Origin: Lytechinus pictus
Lineage: Eukaryota
Assembly: GCF_037042905.1 (NCBI RefSeq)
Contig: NC_087245.1
Coordinates: 35,900,001-35,964,000 of the forward strand
DNA: 64,000 nt
Direction of reading: 5' to 3'
The position numbers and the translations under genes are program-made. Below, piece by piece: positions 12,947 through 27,277 of this stretch; position 1 is the stretch's first letter, and each line of letters opens with the position of its first letter. The notes beneath the pieces were generated by a model. That model was not told where the DNA came from, did no database searches, and was given only the letters and a program-made list of their open reading frames with translations.

Positions 12947-13098
12947 GGCATTATCCTGGTTTAAGTCACCCCCTTATTCACTGCCGTTCATTTCGTCAGC
13001 GGCGGTGACTTCTTTCCTCTCCCATTGACTTTGAACACAATGAGCGCACACACACCGACACACACGAGAAGAGAGGTGACTTATTTCAGGATAAGGCC
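12947..13098. mobile_element. MITE with ~26-bp TIRs
   Basis: GGCATTATCCTGGTTTAAGTCACCCC versus the reverse complement of the right end, GGCCTTATCCTGAAATAAGTCACCTC. Confidence 0.7.
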
Positions 13099-13219
13099 TA
13101 TTAATCTATAACTTATATTATGCTGAAATACGAAATGAAGATTATTTTAAATAAGCTTAAAAGCAGATTTCCATTTCGAATAAGGTTTGAAAGCCACGAT
13201 CTCAAATCCAACCAACTCA

Positions 13220-13426
13220 GGCTATATTCACACTTTAGTGAAACCGACTCCAGACCGATCAAAGCTATTACGTTATTTCCAATGGCATATCATCGATCGG
13301 TTTGGAGTCGGTTTCGGTTACAGTCACACCAAAGAAACCGACTCCAGACCAATCAAAGCTAATACGTTATTTCCAATGGCATATTATCGGTCGGTTTGAA
13401 GTCAGTTTCATTTGTGTGGCTACAGC
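13220..13426. mobile_element. Tandem pair of ~110-bp hairpin MITEs (GGCTACAGTCACAC-type ends, PIF/Harbinger-like)
   Basis: Two adjacent units (13220-13315 and 13316-13426), each GAAACCGACTCCAGACC...GGTTTG(G/A)AGTC(G/A)GTTTC; further copies dispersed in the window. Confidence 0.8.
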
Positions 13427-13757
13427 AAAAACCAAGGTTGTTCTTTCACTAATTACTGAAAAGTGTCATCGTAGATATCTAAACAGGGTTCATCTCTTAT
13501 CAGATCATTAAGATAATTATATATAGTCATGCGTTGATCATGACGGAGGAGGGGGGTCACAGGGGGAACATCCATGCCCCCCTTTTTAAAGCCATCTATT
13601 TTAAACACCCTAGCACCCTCTTGTGCCCCTTCTCTCCGAGATGTGTCTTGCTATTGCTTGTCATGCGGGTCAAAAATTAAGGAAGTAGTGATATATTATT
13701 TTGCCTGTTAAACAAAGTGACGTATTCCTTCCCCCCCCCCCATTTTGAAATCCGAGT

Positions 13758-13942
13758 GGACGTTCCATAAAGATACTCGTAAGTTAAGAGCGACTTTAAG
13801 ATCGACTGGTGATCCTTTCTTACGCGCTAAACAATCACCACTGAACATATAATGGTGAATATCATTTACCACAAGAAAGGATCACCAGTCGTTCTTATTT
13901 TAAAGTCGCTCTTAACTTACAAACAGCTTTATGAAACAGCCC
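13758..13942. mobile_element. Palindromic MITE family A, copy 1
   Basis: Arms GTAAGTTAAGAGCGACTTTAAGA.CGACTGGTGATCCTTTCTT / AAGAAAGGATCACCAGTCG..TTAAAGTCGCTCTTAACTTAC; second copy at 55964-56147. Confidence 0.88.
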
Positions 13943-16900
13943 ACTGGTTACATCCTCTAATTGTCATAAATCATCCAACTCCACCTTCGCAACCCTTCCC
14001 CATTGTACAGAGTGCGTTGTATTCTCACATACTAATTAATCAATTATAACTGATACAATCATCGTGTAGCATAATCAGGGGCAGAAATCTCTCCCAAAAG
14101 GTAGGGGGGACAAGGGGCTGTAAAATTAGACCAAAAAAAGGTTATCACCCCAAAAGTATGGTCATCTCGTCCTAAAATAATGTTTTATTTCGATTTTGAA
14201 TGATGTATTTCTTACCATCATAAAATACCACAAATAGTAGGGGGGACACTTGATATTGTGTCCCCTCTACTATTTTGAGTAGGGGAGACACGTCCCCCTG
14301 TCCCCCCTGGGATTTCATTAAAATAACAAATGCATTTTTACAACACAATTTCCTCATCCAAGAGATACACACCGCGATTATTAGCACACAATCCAATTCT
14401 TTTTAACGTCAAGTATTATCAACCTTAAAAAGGTGAAACGTTGCACCTTTAATAGGGTGCAGAAATTTCTTAATGTGTAAGATTCATGATATTGTCTCTG
14501 TCTCTAAAAAAATTGAGCACCTTTCCAAAGAAAGGGACCATGTATTTTTTATGGATAAAAATAACGAAGATATTGGGGTAAAAAACGTTTTCTAGTAAAT
14601 TCTCACAAGAAAAATTAATTAGAATTTTCGCTTTCGAAATAGACATGTTTTGTAGTAATTTCACACAAATAATTTTGTCCAAATTACTTAGCCCTTTCGC
14701 GCCATTTTCGCTCTTAAGTATATTATGTAAAAACTAATTAACTTATTATTCATTTATATATTGATATTGACAGGGGTTGTCCCGTTCAGGCCAAATTGGA
14801 CAGCTTACTGTACATTATATAAACATATTATTTACTGAAATCGAACGGTGATCAACAATATTTTTCATAATTCATTGATAAACAAGAATAAAGCATAAAT
14901 AATAATAATATGGCATTATTACAATTGGGTAGATATCATATAAACATTTTCTTAGTCTATGTTTATCAGGCATGACAAGGAAGGATCTATAATTGAATGT
15001 AAAATACGATCCTTCGAATTCATAAAAACCTTACGGTTTTGATATAGAATATGCAAGTAATATCTAATTAATGTAATATCCTACTATGATCATCATTTCA
15101 TGGTACTAAATACTATGAAAAGGTAACAAATAATGGCAAAGTTATTATGTTCCATACGTCTTTGTCATCGCGTGCAATGCTGAGTGCCTCCAGTCATTTT
15201 GTCTGAATCACTCATTTAAAAAAAATCTTGGATTCTGTATTCATGAGTTAATTTGAACTCATTGAATTATATAGATGATGAGAAGAGCGTATTTTGAGAT
15301 GGGAATACATAATTGAAGAGCATTAAGAATGAATGAACATAGGTGCTTAGGGAATTTACGACATGGTTAGTGAACTGTGTAATCATTTTTGCGCTCAAAG
15401 ATTGAGTGAAAAATGTTAATTGAATAACAAAGCAAGAATTTACTGTATCTGTTTATAGGCGGGGAGTAGAAGTTTAGAAGTGTATGAATAACCAACCCCA
15501 AATAAGAAAAGACGATGCATACCATGCTGAAAGAGGAAAGGTGAGTTTAATTACTGTAATTTTGCCTCTTCAGTCTATACCTTTGACAGCCATTTTGATT
15601 TTCAGCATCACCCATATAGTTTGTATACACAAAAAAATACACGATCAAAAATATACCCGGTAGTATAATAAAGCATCACACAACCCTAATAATTCATGAT
15701 ACAAAACAAAATGTGATACTGCATTTTTCTTACGTTTGAAGATGGACACACCCACACACACACACACACTCTACACACTAAACACATACGCAAAACACAC
15801 ACGCAATCACCCTCCCCCAACGCATATCCCCACATGTATTATTTCAACTCTTAAAAAAGATGATTAGTTGAAAAATGATGGATTCCTGATTAACGGTATT
15901 GCTGGGCAAAATTGACTGGAAACTGGTTTAGTTGATGAGAAGAACGATCGACAGAGAAAAGAAAAGAATAATTGTTAAGAAAAGGAAACGGCAAAGAGAG
16001 AACGAAATAAAACGAGCATAAGAATGAGAAAAAGATGAATAAAAATGATCAAAAAAGAAAAGGAGATAGAAAGAGTGGGCTAAAGCTGAAAAAATAGGGT
16101 TGCATTTATAAATGATTGGCAAACGAAAGACATACAAAATGAAGAGTTTGGGAAAATGATAGATTAAGCAATATAAAACAGACTCAGATAAATGTGTCGA
16201 GAGAGGGGAGAGATAGAAATACAAAACAAAAAAAGGGGGAGATAAAGGGAGAGCGCAAGTGAAAGGGTATACCATGGAATATACAAATGCGTATGCTTGC
16301 TCTTAATTTTGTTGGTGTGTTAAATTGCTCATGTGTTGACTTTTGCTTTCTGTTTCTGATAAAACATGAGGATTGTTAATCAGTGAATTAATTTGTTTTA
16401 TTGAGAAATGTGTGTGTAGGGCGGGCTGTGTGCTGAGGTTGAAGTTGAAGTGTATGAAGCCAATGCCTGTATTGATTGGCGAGTGTATATACTCTGTGGG
16501 GATACATCACAGCTATCAGCGTGATCGTTTCGCCTCGTTTCACCGGTCTTCTACAAACCATTTTCCCTGGGTATATATCGGCCGAATCCGGCCTAATTAT
16601 AGTCATCATTAAAACAACCAGGAACGCAAAGTGGTCTGTCGATTAAAAAATCAAGGCATGTGAAGGGGTAAATAAAAAAAAAAGGGGGAGGGGGGTAAAT
16701 GGATTCTTGGCGCCTGTTTCGGTTTTCGGGATGTTTATGAAAATTAATCATCATAGGAAAATGAATTATAATATAGGCCCATTTTGTCTTAAGGTGTATT
16801 ATCATATCATAAGAGAAAGGTGTTGAAGAAAAATTAATTGAAATTCTCATTTCTCCATTTTACATTCACTGACCAATATGGTCAAGAGAGGCATCGTATT

Positions 16901-19276
16901 ATGAAATACCAAGGCAGACACCCCCCTTAAGAAAGTTAAAGTAGAATAACATTAAATTGATAACATTAAATATATATATATATATAATAAATATATAAAC
17001 ATAATGAATAAATTTACCGATTAGTGTGATACATAAATGAAATAAATATTTTAAAAATAAATAAAGATAATGATAATAAATAAAATCAATATGGGTAAAT
17101 AAAGTTGAATAAGACTGAAATAAAATAAAGAGAAATTTAATGAAAAAAATAAAGACAAAAAAATAAAACAAATACAATAAAATAAGACCCTCAAAACCAA
17201 CAAGAATAGAACGAGCCTACAAAACAAAACAAACGAAAATAACAACACAACCCTACGCTGTAGTCAAGACCAAAATTTATTAGTGTGATAATGTAATCAA
17301 TTAATGGGTTTATCTAGCCTCCTATATTATGTTAGAAGAATCGTGATGTGTGAGAGCCGAAAAATAAGGTACAAGATGGAAAAAGTATTACAAATAGTGA
17401 CCAAAAATAATCTGGAATCAACATGTTTGTGTTTTTTGTGGAAATTCCATTTACGCATTATCACAAAATTCTCACTATCTTTGTCTCCCACCTCTTCCCC
17501 CCCCCTGTCCCTTTCTCTCTCCTCACCCCCGCTATTCTCCCATTCAGTCCTTCATACGATACGCTGCTCCCATAACATCAAGGCAAATTAAAAGTTAATG
17601 GCGGTGTTTTTATGACTCTCGCTAATCGGTGATTAACTGCCGCTGACGGTTCAGAAGTGTTATCACCCTCTGGTCAGTATATACATGATAATGGATGTTT
17701 CGAGGAAAGCCCAATTTTATATGCTCACATTTTATATACCTCTCGTACATCGTTACTGAATAAAGAATGAATAAATGAATGAAAAAAGCACTACATTGTG
17801 GAAAAGACATCACTTTAAATGTGTCAGGAACTGTTAAAAGTCGTATGTATATTGATATTGGTCGATACCGCTAATAAAAAAAGCCTTTATTTTGTAATTT
17901 TTATTGGACGTGTCCTTTCAAATTTTGTCTCGTCAATCGAATGAAAATCCATCAACATGGTAACTTTAAGGTATTTATGGTTGGTGTACAATGACGACAT
18001 ATACTGAAACCTATGCAATCGAATATAATTTATGGGAAAGTCAAGGGCGGCACCGGGTATTTTGATGGGGAGGGGGCAAGACGGTACGAAGATGATGTCA
18101 TTTTTTTTGTCTGAAATAAATTACATGAATACAGACTTTCACGACCCAGGTCCATCCTTTTATCAATTTCATTCTTATTTTTCCCCTTTTCTGCGTCTGT
18201 CTTTTTTTCTCCCCATTTTGTTTATTTTTGTTTTTACTACTTGAAATTCATGGGGGACGATAGCCCCACCCCTTCGGTGACATCTTCAAAATGGAGATGA
18301 ATGACCTATCTTAAATGGATTCTTACATTTGTTTTTCACCCAGTCATCCACTTACATTGTTTCGATGGAATATATTTTAAGGGGGAAAAATCATAATTGA
18401 TTTGGACCTGTTTGATAAAAAAAGACATGATCATTCTAATATTATTTTGACAAAAGTATGGGATGACTACTTGAAATCTGAAAAAGAAGCGATAATATTA
18501 CATTGAAAAAAAAAACCCCAAAAAGGTAACGTGATACAAGATGTGATGACGTTCTGAGTGATAGATGATGTTCGCGTGAAATAGAGCAGGCCATGTTATC
18601 ATCATTATATGTGTACCGAAGCATCAATTCGGGAAAATATAGGCCCCCATCAAAGTCCGGCTTATGACAGTTTCTCCTAGCATATTAAGAATATTGAGAG
18701 AGGCATATCATATGAGAGGAGAAGTACAATGACGAAAACATGGAGAAACATTACTCATTAAAACTTATGTTAGATTAGATATTATATGAACTTTCCAGCT
18801 GTTCGTTGAAACAGAAATTGAATGTAAATCGAAATAAGATTTATCCTAAATCGGCAATTTGTGACTTTTGAAAATCATTGGGTATTTATTCCTTCCTCTG
18901 GATTTTGATAAGTCAGTGGCACTAGCTGAAAATACAAAGCGATATTTGAGCAAGCATTTATATCGATTTCGAAGATCTAAAAAATGTCTAAACGTTGGAA
19001 AAGGGGCATATGACTTTATAAAACAAATTTGGTTACGATAAATCTGCGTTCGTACAAAAAGCCTATGGGAAGTGGACGCACCGTGAATTTTAAGTGTGGA
19101 GTGGGGGTAGAATGCCAGTGTGGAGGGTAAAATAAAATGTGGGGAAGGGCAAAAGCTGACCAAAAAACACAGAAGCATGTGCGTACCGCAAAATCATGCG
19201 CAAAGTGCGAGATTTAGATTGTTTTAGAACACTTACATCAGCGTGTATATGATACTTATGACAGGTCGTATACACA

Positions 19277-19535
19277 CAGGCGTACAGATAGGGGGCAGGG
19301 GGCGTGGACCCCAAACATTTTCAAGACCAAGAAAGGGGGAAAAGGAAAGGAATGGTTGAAATAGTTGGCCTACTTTCGAAATATCATGTTAAAATCTATC
19401 ACAAAATTGATTATTATTTTTTAATAAAAAAAGTTAGAAAAAATTGCTAGCTCGCTCCGCTCGCTCGTAGCCTTTTAAAAATGTTGCCCATACGCCATGT
19501 GGCCCCCTCATATATATCAGCTCGTAACGCTCCTG
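19277..19535 (+). mobile_element. hAT-like non-autonomous element, family shared with 43303-43535
   Basis: CAGG...CCTG ends; shared interior GACCAAGAAA...AAATT..TCGCTCGCTCG...ATACGCCAT..GCCCCC. Confidence 0.55.
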
Positions 19536-21289
19536 CGTACCTACTTTGTGTAAATTACTCTACAATTTTTTTTCTTTATTTTCCGAAAATTCTAAGGAAG
19601 GGGTAAGCCCCAATATCCCCCCCCCCCTTCCCTTGGTGCCGCCACTGCCCATGGTTCTCGTGTCTGGATAGATAAGCAATGAGTCTTATATATAGGAAAC
19701 ACGTCTATATGGCTATTTCAAAAGTAGAATTCCCAGATGTGTCATGATATTGAACCCTCATATGACTGAGTGTAATCGATAATGATTATTTATGAAACAA
19801 TCACCACTGAACTGACCACTGGGACAGATCTTAGGAAAGGTCAATATTCACTACCAACAGCTTGGACTCAAGTTATCAATAAAATTCGTTATCAACTCAT
19901 TATTTCATCAGTGAAGAAATTGGGAACAGGTGTTGTGCTATAGTTAAAACTATCCATATAGAATATGAAAACTATTGCCCGAGAGAGATCCAGTGAATAA
20001 GCAATTATTATAGTTTTTTTTAGCATGTAAAACAAAATAACGAAAGAAAAATATAGAATATGAGAATATTATGCTTGGCCTCTATTTTGAACCTATCATG
20101 CTTATCGGAGGATGAAGGGTTGATTATGGGGTGAGGATATGTGAAATCCATTGCAAAATTAGAAATGTGACTGGTCAACCCAGTCTCAAAAAAATTATGT
20201 ATCGAAACACACCATCCGCAAATTGTCAAATTACCATAAAGTACACATTCTTTAAAGTACTTCTATATTTTGGGGAATATTTTTCTAAATCACTTAAATT
20301 TCATAAGGGGGCCTATCCCATGTATCCATGTTCCCTCTATCTGTTAATCCATGTACATGTATGTTGGGAAAGCGTATAAAAACATCGGAAACGGAGTATC
20401 CATGCCAACTCCCATTTTTTAAATCATGTTAATGCTGTAGACATGCTCCGATAGCGAAATCGTGTACAGGCACTTAGCAATAATTACGTATATGTAAAAG
20501 AACAAAATAAAGGGGAGAAAAGAGTCGGAAATTATGTTGAGTGTGAGTTTTCAATGCTTAATTACTGCGTGAGAGTGTATTCGGGAACGACGTGGGTGTG
20601 TGAGGGTGTGTGTGTGCGTGTGTGCATGTGGGGGTATGCGTAGGATATAAAAAGTGTATCGTAAGTTTCGAGTGTGTGTGGGTGGGTGGGTGGGTGAGAG
20701 GTTGCGTGCGTGTGTGAATTTTTATATGAAAAGGTCTGACGTTGGTTTTCTGCCAATATATCATATAATAAAATCATATCTCCTTCACTCCCCACCAACA
20801 AGTCAAGCTAACATATAACTCTAACTAAAAGCATTTCAGTCTAACCTTTAATTATCAAAAAAATTATCATATATTATATATTCTAAATAATGTCACTACA
20901 AGCCTAATGACCTGTGCACCTGCCATGTTTCTCTTTTCATTTTCAGTTTTATTTGCACCTCCCTTCTCTCCCTCCCTCTTTCCTTTGCTTTCCTTTTTTC
21001 TCCTTACAATTTTATTAGTATTTTGAATTTATCATTATCATTATTAGTATTGTTATCATTGTAATTAGTAGGTCTATCTAAATTACTTTCTATGTTTTGA
21101 TGTCGCTTATTCGCTTTATTTTGGTATTTTGTAGATTTTTTTTAAAGCTCGTTTTCCGCCCGTCTCTTGTATGTAGGTTATGTTAATTAGTATTGAAACT
21201 AAGTTTAGGGACTTGCCTTTTATACAAGCTCTTCTTTTCTTGGTTCAGTTAATTAATCAATCTTCAATATTTGTTATGAAATGTCATTG

Positions 21290-21381
21290 AACTATATGTG
21301 TTATTTTTAACATGTACTTGTAATGTAATTACTTCGATTACATTATTTTTTTGAACGGAAATATATAAATCTAAATCTAAA
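21290..21381 (+). mobile_element. Non-LTR retroelement 3' tail ending in (AAATCT)n
   Basis: TTATTTTTAACATGTA...TTGAACGGAAATA.ATAAATCTAAATCTAA, also present in reverse orientation at 36531-36620. Confidence 0.6.
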
Positions 21382-24367
21382 CATATTGAAAACGATGAGT
21401 GTGTGTGCATACTATAAGCATGGAGCTATTACAGTTAATAGCTCTATGCTATAAGCCAGTGAGAGGGGGGAGGGGGTAGTATATATATAGGCAGTGAGCC
21501 AGGCAGAAACAATGACAGAGAAAGAATGTTGGAGTAATAGAAATAATGATAATGGCAATATTAAAGACAAGGGGGCGACGCTCCTTCTGTAGAAGCATGA
21601 CAAAAGTTGAGCTTATTAGGGCGAATTAAAGATCATCAAAATGGAATTATGATCGGTGTAGGAACGACCTTTTATAGAAGTCAGACGAAATAGTGCAATA
21701 CGTGGTCTGGAAATCATTCTCGCGTTCGACAAACCGATCCATTTGCGACCCAGATGACTGTCAGCCGTGAAGAAGATATGATGCCTCATCATTCCATACC
21801 TCTACCAAACTTCACCCAGGGTACCTCCCCATCATCTGACCACGACCTGGGATATCGCGATGTCCGCCACTGCACAAAAAAGCCAATCCACATGCATTTG
21901 CCGCCGTGAATGCGCGCAATGCTGCGAGAGATGTGAAGCGAGTACTTGGCGGACAAAATTTGTGTCTGGAAGGGGCTCTCCACCGACTGCGGAATTAATC
22001 ACATTTTGGTTCCTTTCATTTGGCTTTATCCTGATTGCTTGAATCGCATTAGGGTTATCCCCACCGGCGTGTTTTCTATTCTAAAATAGATGAGTTAAAA
22101 TAAGAGACGGACAGTACCACGAAGAGGGTTACATGTTATCCTTGAACGAACGAGCGAACATGATGAAGAGGATTCTCACATCAAGATAATAAGTATTAAC
22201 ATTGCGCAATCAATAAACCCATTTTCTCTCCCGCCCCCCCCCCCAAAAAAAAATGAATACCACGATGTCTGGTCCTAGATTAGATTGCTACGTTTAATAT
22301 TTGTGTCGGCCTCGGCTTTTTCTCAATATTATATGTGTTTCCATTTAATTTTTCATGATGAGCATTGTTAAGAATGTTCTATTATCATCACCATGAGCAT
22401 TACTGGTGAACAGATGAGGGGATTGGAGCCATGGAATTTTTTTTGCTCACTCACAGTCAGTTTTTCAGAAAATTTGCCTCATGTGAAGTTAAGACAAACA
22501 AATTGTAAAGAAGAGAACAACACAAAGGGTCAGTTTATAAATTAAGACTATCATAACGCCAGAATAAAAGACTAAATGAGGACTCTGATTGGGCATTTCT
22601 TTAAAAATCAGATTAATTATTCCAAATGAATACACCACCAAAAAATAAAGGTTGTTTGCCCATTTTCGTTCTAACTTTTGGCAAAATCAAACATGTGCTT
22701 TGTGCACTACGAGCACGAATACTCTGTACACTTTCAGATTTCTTAAAGATATTTAACAAATAGGCTGGATTTTGACAAAAATGTCATTTTACATTTAAAT
22801 TAATTCCACCTATCTTCCATCTATTCATCGAAAGGCTTATTTATTCCTTGATAAGGTAATCATGGTAATGACAAGTTATGCCCTTCTTTTTTCTTTCTTC
22901 TCCTTTTTTCACTTTCCCCTCTTTGTTGTCTCCCCTACATGAACAATTCGGGGGGGGGGGGGGAAGGAGCGTTCGTTTCCCGTTAACCGCCCCATGCCAC
23001 CATGGACCTATCTGAAGTATTAGCCCAATTTATAGGCTTTATCAATGTTATTTCAGGTCACATCAAAATCCAGATCGAAATATAGAAATTATAATAATTT
23101 AAAAGAACTTAATAAATGTCTTTCTGCCCTTTTGTGTCGACGATTTTATATAAGACTTATCAGATATAAACATGTCACAGCCCTATAGTAGCAAAACCAC
23201 CCATTGACAAAATGAACGCGCGTTATTCTGTTCTTGTGTGTGCGTTCTTGCTTCCCATATCTGATGTGCTGGACCAGTGCTTTAAATTGTAGCCTGGTCC
23301 AAACATGAATTTTAATCTGGTCTGACGTATTGGCGTAGTGCGGGGTCTACTAAGTAAATTAAGAGGTGGTCTGCCACAGTATAGGGAGGTAGTAGCCCCG
23401 CCATAATGTCATTCCATGCCAAGCCAGCTACGTAGCTCATACATCACACCCTGTTATCCTGACATTCACATACAAATGAAAACTAAACCCAGTGCTGATG
23501 ATACAAATGACTCTATCCCAGTCTTATATTGATGTAATTGCCACATGTCCCGCGCGTGACGTCCATTTGCTTTCATTCATCACGTCATACAAACACCTGG
23601 TAAAACAAGACTAATTTAGCTTGATGACTTAATGGAAAAGGGGTTTCGAAACTGAGACGAAAAAGAAGTAAATTGTTAGAGGCGAAATGCCGTGTATACA
23701 ATACTAGGAAAGTTGGAATTACGCATGATCTTACTCCCGGCATGGTCGAATGAGATTATATATAGTGATCAAAGTATTTTCACAGTCTTCCATTAAAATG
23801 AATCAGTCTGAAATGACCAAATGAGGAGGTAAATGGGAAAAGCCGACATTTTCGTAAATTAGTTTGGGCATCACTGCTATCATCACCACTGCCTAGCCAA
23901 TGCTAGCATAGCCAATCACCGTCAATATTATAAGAGACCCGTGTTTAGAGGAACCAATGTGACGTCACAGATGAACGTATACCCAGAATGCAAGGACATC
24001 CGGGATGACATTTATACGCAATCCGACTGTTATATGGCAAGCTAAAAGTCTCAATCATTCTTAATTGCAATTCCTGAAGAAAAAAAAAACAATGTTAAAA
24101 GACAAATTGTATACAAAGTCGGCATTTTCCCCCATTATCGATACAATATGAATATACTATTCGTGAGTTAAGTGGGGGAAATAAAGCTGGGACAACGGCG
24201 TAGGCCTAATTACTGTGCCGACTTTTTGTTGTAAATACTTTTTGAAAAAATCAGCGTCTTTTTAGAACATACAGTATTAAGCTCTGAATATGCCACTAGT
24301 TCTTAATGTCACGCATAGCTTTATAAACAGTTTGATTTTTTAGACACACAGAGATAACACGTTGCAT

Positions 24368-24611
24368 CATGGCCGTGCACATATTCATTTTTTTTTCGGG
24401 GGGGGGGAAGATGCATACAAACTTATCGAAACACCTCGAAAACGAGAGAGCGAAGCAACCGGGCTTGTCATGGGAGCGCTTTTGCATTTTCTAAAGTGAA
24501 ATTGAAGGATTTCGTGGACACTTTTGGTGAAGTTGGTGAAAATGTTCAGTAAAAAAGTCGCAAAATATCTAGGGGCCACAAGCCCCCCCCCCTCCGCTGC
24601 GTAGGGCCATG
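24368..24611 (-). mobile_element. hAT-like MITE (CATGGCC termini), family shared with 45883-46150
   Basis: CATGGCC...GGCCATG termini; 8-bp flanks CGTTGCAT / CATTGCAT (7/8); interior is the reverse complement of 45883-46150. Confidence 0.8.
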
Positions 24612-26850
24612 CATTGCATTTGTTCAATTGATAGTTACAATATTCATATCATGGTTCTTTAAAGAGTCTTCTGTCTTGGAATCGTTCCATAAAAAAGTGC
24701 ATCGTAAGTTCTCAACGAAATTAGAACAGGTAGCTCAGAAATCTTTCGTCAAAGTTCAACAGCATTCTATATTTACATGCCTTCATTCAATATCAGGACT
24801 GTAACCGAAGTTATATTGATTGTGCGTACTGTTTCTCGAGTAAAATACCTTTTATAATGATATATGTTTACCCCCAAATATTTAACTTAAATAACGTAAC
24901 TAAAATATCAGTGACCCCATTGACGTTCTGGACGGAAATGTCATAGTGAGCGAAATTCTTTCAGCGGAAAACCTATCTAAATCTTTCGATATCAGCATAT
25001 TCTTTCTATGATTTTTGCTTCCTTCGCCCTCCCCCTTCCTATAGTCATTTTTGTTAATATTAGACTTAAGTCAATAACCTAGAGGCGATCTAAGGAAGAT
25101 ATGAACATTTCGAAAAACAAAGTTCTTTGAAATTCTTTTTGATATAAAGTTTTCTTTCCCTTGCTTGTTATCATTTTCATAATTAAATATCAATTTGCAG
25201 TCGCCCCCTCCCCAACCTGTATCACCGCCCCTGAACTGTCAATCTTTCTGTATTTTCTATTACTAAGTATGCTCAAACATTTTACATTCTAAATGACACA
25301 ATCGGTCCTCTCGACCCCGTTACCTTATCCATATTGAAAAAGAAGGTGAATCTGGTTGGGGGGAAAAGAGAACGATTTCAGGCGAGAATGAAGTATGTTG
25401 AAGATGTTGACGAGACTTTATCATGACTTTATCTAGCAGGCCAAAGTTCTCATCGTTTGAATGGATTTCTCAATGATTATTTCAATCTGACCTCGTACTG
25501 CTTTTATCTTTGACTGTTAAAAATTGACTTTATAATGCATATAAATTTAACATCCTCTCCCACAGTTTGTTTGACTACCCCCCCCCCTCTCCTTTCTCTT
25601 TTTCTCCCGTCTGCTCTCTTTGCACATTACTTTCTCTTCATTCCGTAATATTTCTTTTTTTTTCTGTTTTCCCATATTTCCCCTGTAATATTTCCATTCC
25701 TTCCCTTCATCGGTCTTCTAACATCTCTCTGTAAAAAAATCTATATGGCGGCTCTCTTTTCTCCCAACAAGCACTCGAGTTTGACACCTGGTAAAATACA
25801 AGCAATCAATCTTGTCTGCAAATACACTCGTCTCTCCACGTGTCAACATGACTGGGCCATTAAACAGAGATTTAGAACTCTTCGAGGTCATTCTCAAACA
25901 CTATTTTTAGATTTCACTTTTAAAAAATCATATACTTTGCTCTTGAGTGAAGAGAATGAAGAGTAGGATAAAGGTGCTCGAAAAGTGTTACAGATATGGA
26001 AAGGTACTTGAAAATAAGTCGATATCAAGATAATGCACGAGATGATATAGAAACATCAATAGAAAAATACGATAGATAGCCTACAGATAAATATAAATTA
26101 TGCAGATAGAAGTAAATTAATAAAGGAACAAGGATGGAAAGGTAACGGTAGACAGATAAGAGATAAATTAATCGAAAGTGATTTGGATAGAAAAATATGG
26201 ATAATTATGTTGGTATATTGAATAACAAGATATACTTATCCATAGTATAGATATATACATTGGGTCTATATCTTTGTTTAACGAGGGAAACCGACTGACT
26301 TGATTTCTAATCTCTCCCCGAAAGTATACTATCAGGGATATTTTTTTTAAATAGAATTTCGTGGGTATTTTTTAAGCATGCTCCTTTAATGAATTAATTC
26401 CCAGTCTTTTTATATTCTCCAAATTCTGTGGATTGAAAGTCAATTTAATAGCTTGTGGTCAGGATCGAATCCAAAATTGGATCGGAAGTTTCAGTCGAAT
26501 ACATTTGAATTCTATATATATTTGATTGAAACTTCAATCCAACTTGGGTGAGTTCATATCTACTTTAGACAGAGTTGATGAATAAAAATATTAAAATGCA
26601 AAGAAAGAAAAGCTCATTTGGAAAATAATACGATGAATAAAAAGCCGTTGTACATGTATAATTTCTCATATTTGTATAATTTGTTCCATACTTGTACCGT
26701 ATCTAAGCACTTGCTTTGATCCAGCTTAGGCATGGCGGTTTGTCACTTTTCAAAACTCATCAACGCCCGACAAAGGAAATTGAATTGATGGGGTCGAAAA
26801 AATCTGTTTATCTGATGGTCAATCGGATCGGGATCGCCCTAGCCAATAAC

Positions 26851-26925
26851 CCGTCTATGTGGTCTAGTGGTTAGGGATTTGGCGTTCTGAGCTGATGGGG
26901 CCCGGGTTCGATTCTGGTTCGATTT
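26851..26925 (+). mobile_element. Degenerate tRNA-derived sequence (SINE head or tRNA pseudogene)
   Basis: A-box TGGTCTAGTGGTT and B-box GGTTCGATTC at tRNA spacing; acceptor and anticodon stems do not pair. Confidence 0.55.
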
Positions 26926-27277
26926 TCGGCCTCACCTACATTTCCAAAGGGTGGATAGCTCTGGGGCACCTTGATTTATGCTCCGCCTACCATGGTTCTC
27001 TTCATTTATTTCTTTCGCAACACATTTAAATACAAGAGTTGCCAAAGCTGTTGTGCATGTATTTCTCACATTTATATATTATTATATAGGCCTATAACGA
27101 GGTAGCACGAAGAAGAAACGCGCGAGAGGGGGTGTGGTAAGACACATGAATGACTAGAATTGGGATAATTTCAGTTCGATAGTATTAAAAGACAAAATCT
27201 AAATATGAAGTTGGAAGTTCTTTGTAACATCTGAAGGTTTCAGTGGCGAAGAAGAATAGTGTAGTAGGTTTCATGGT

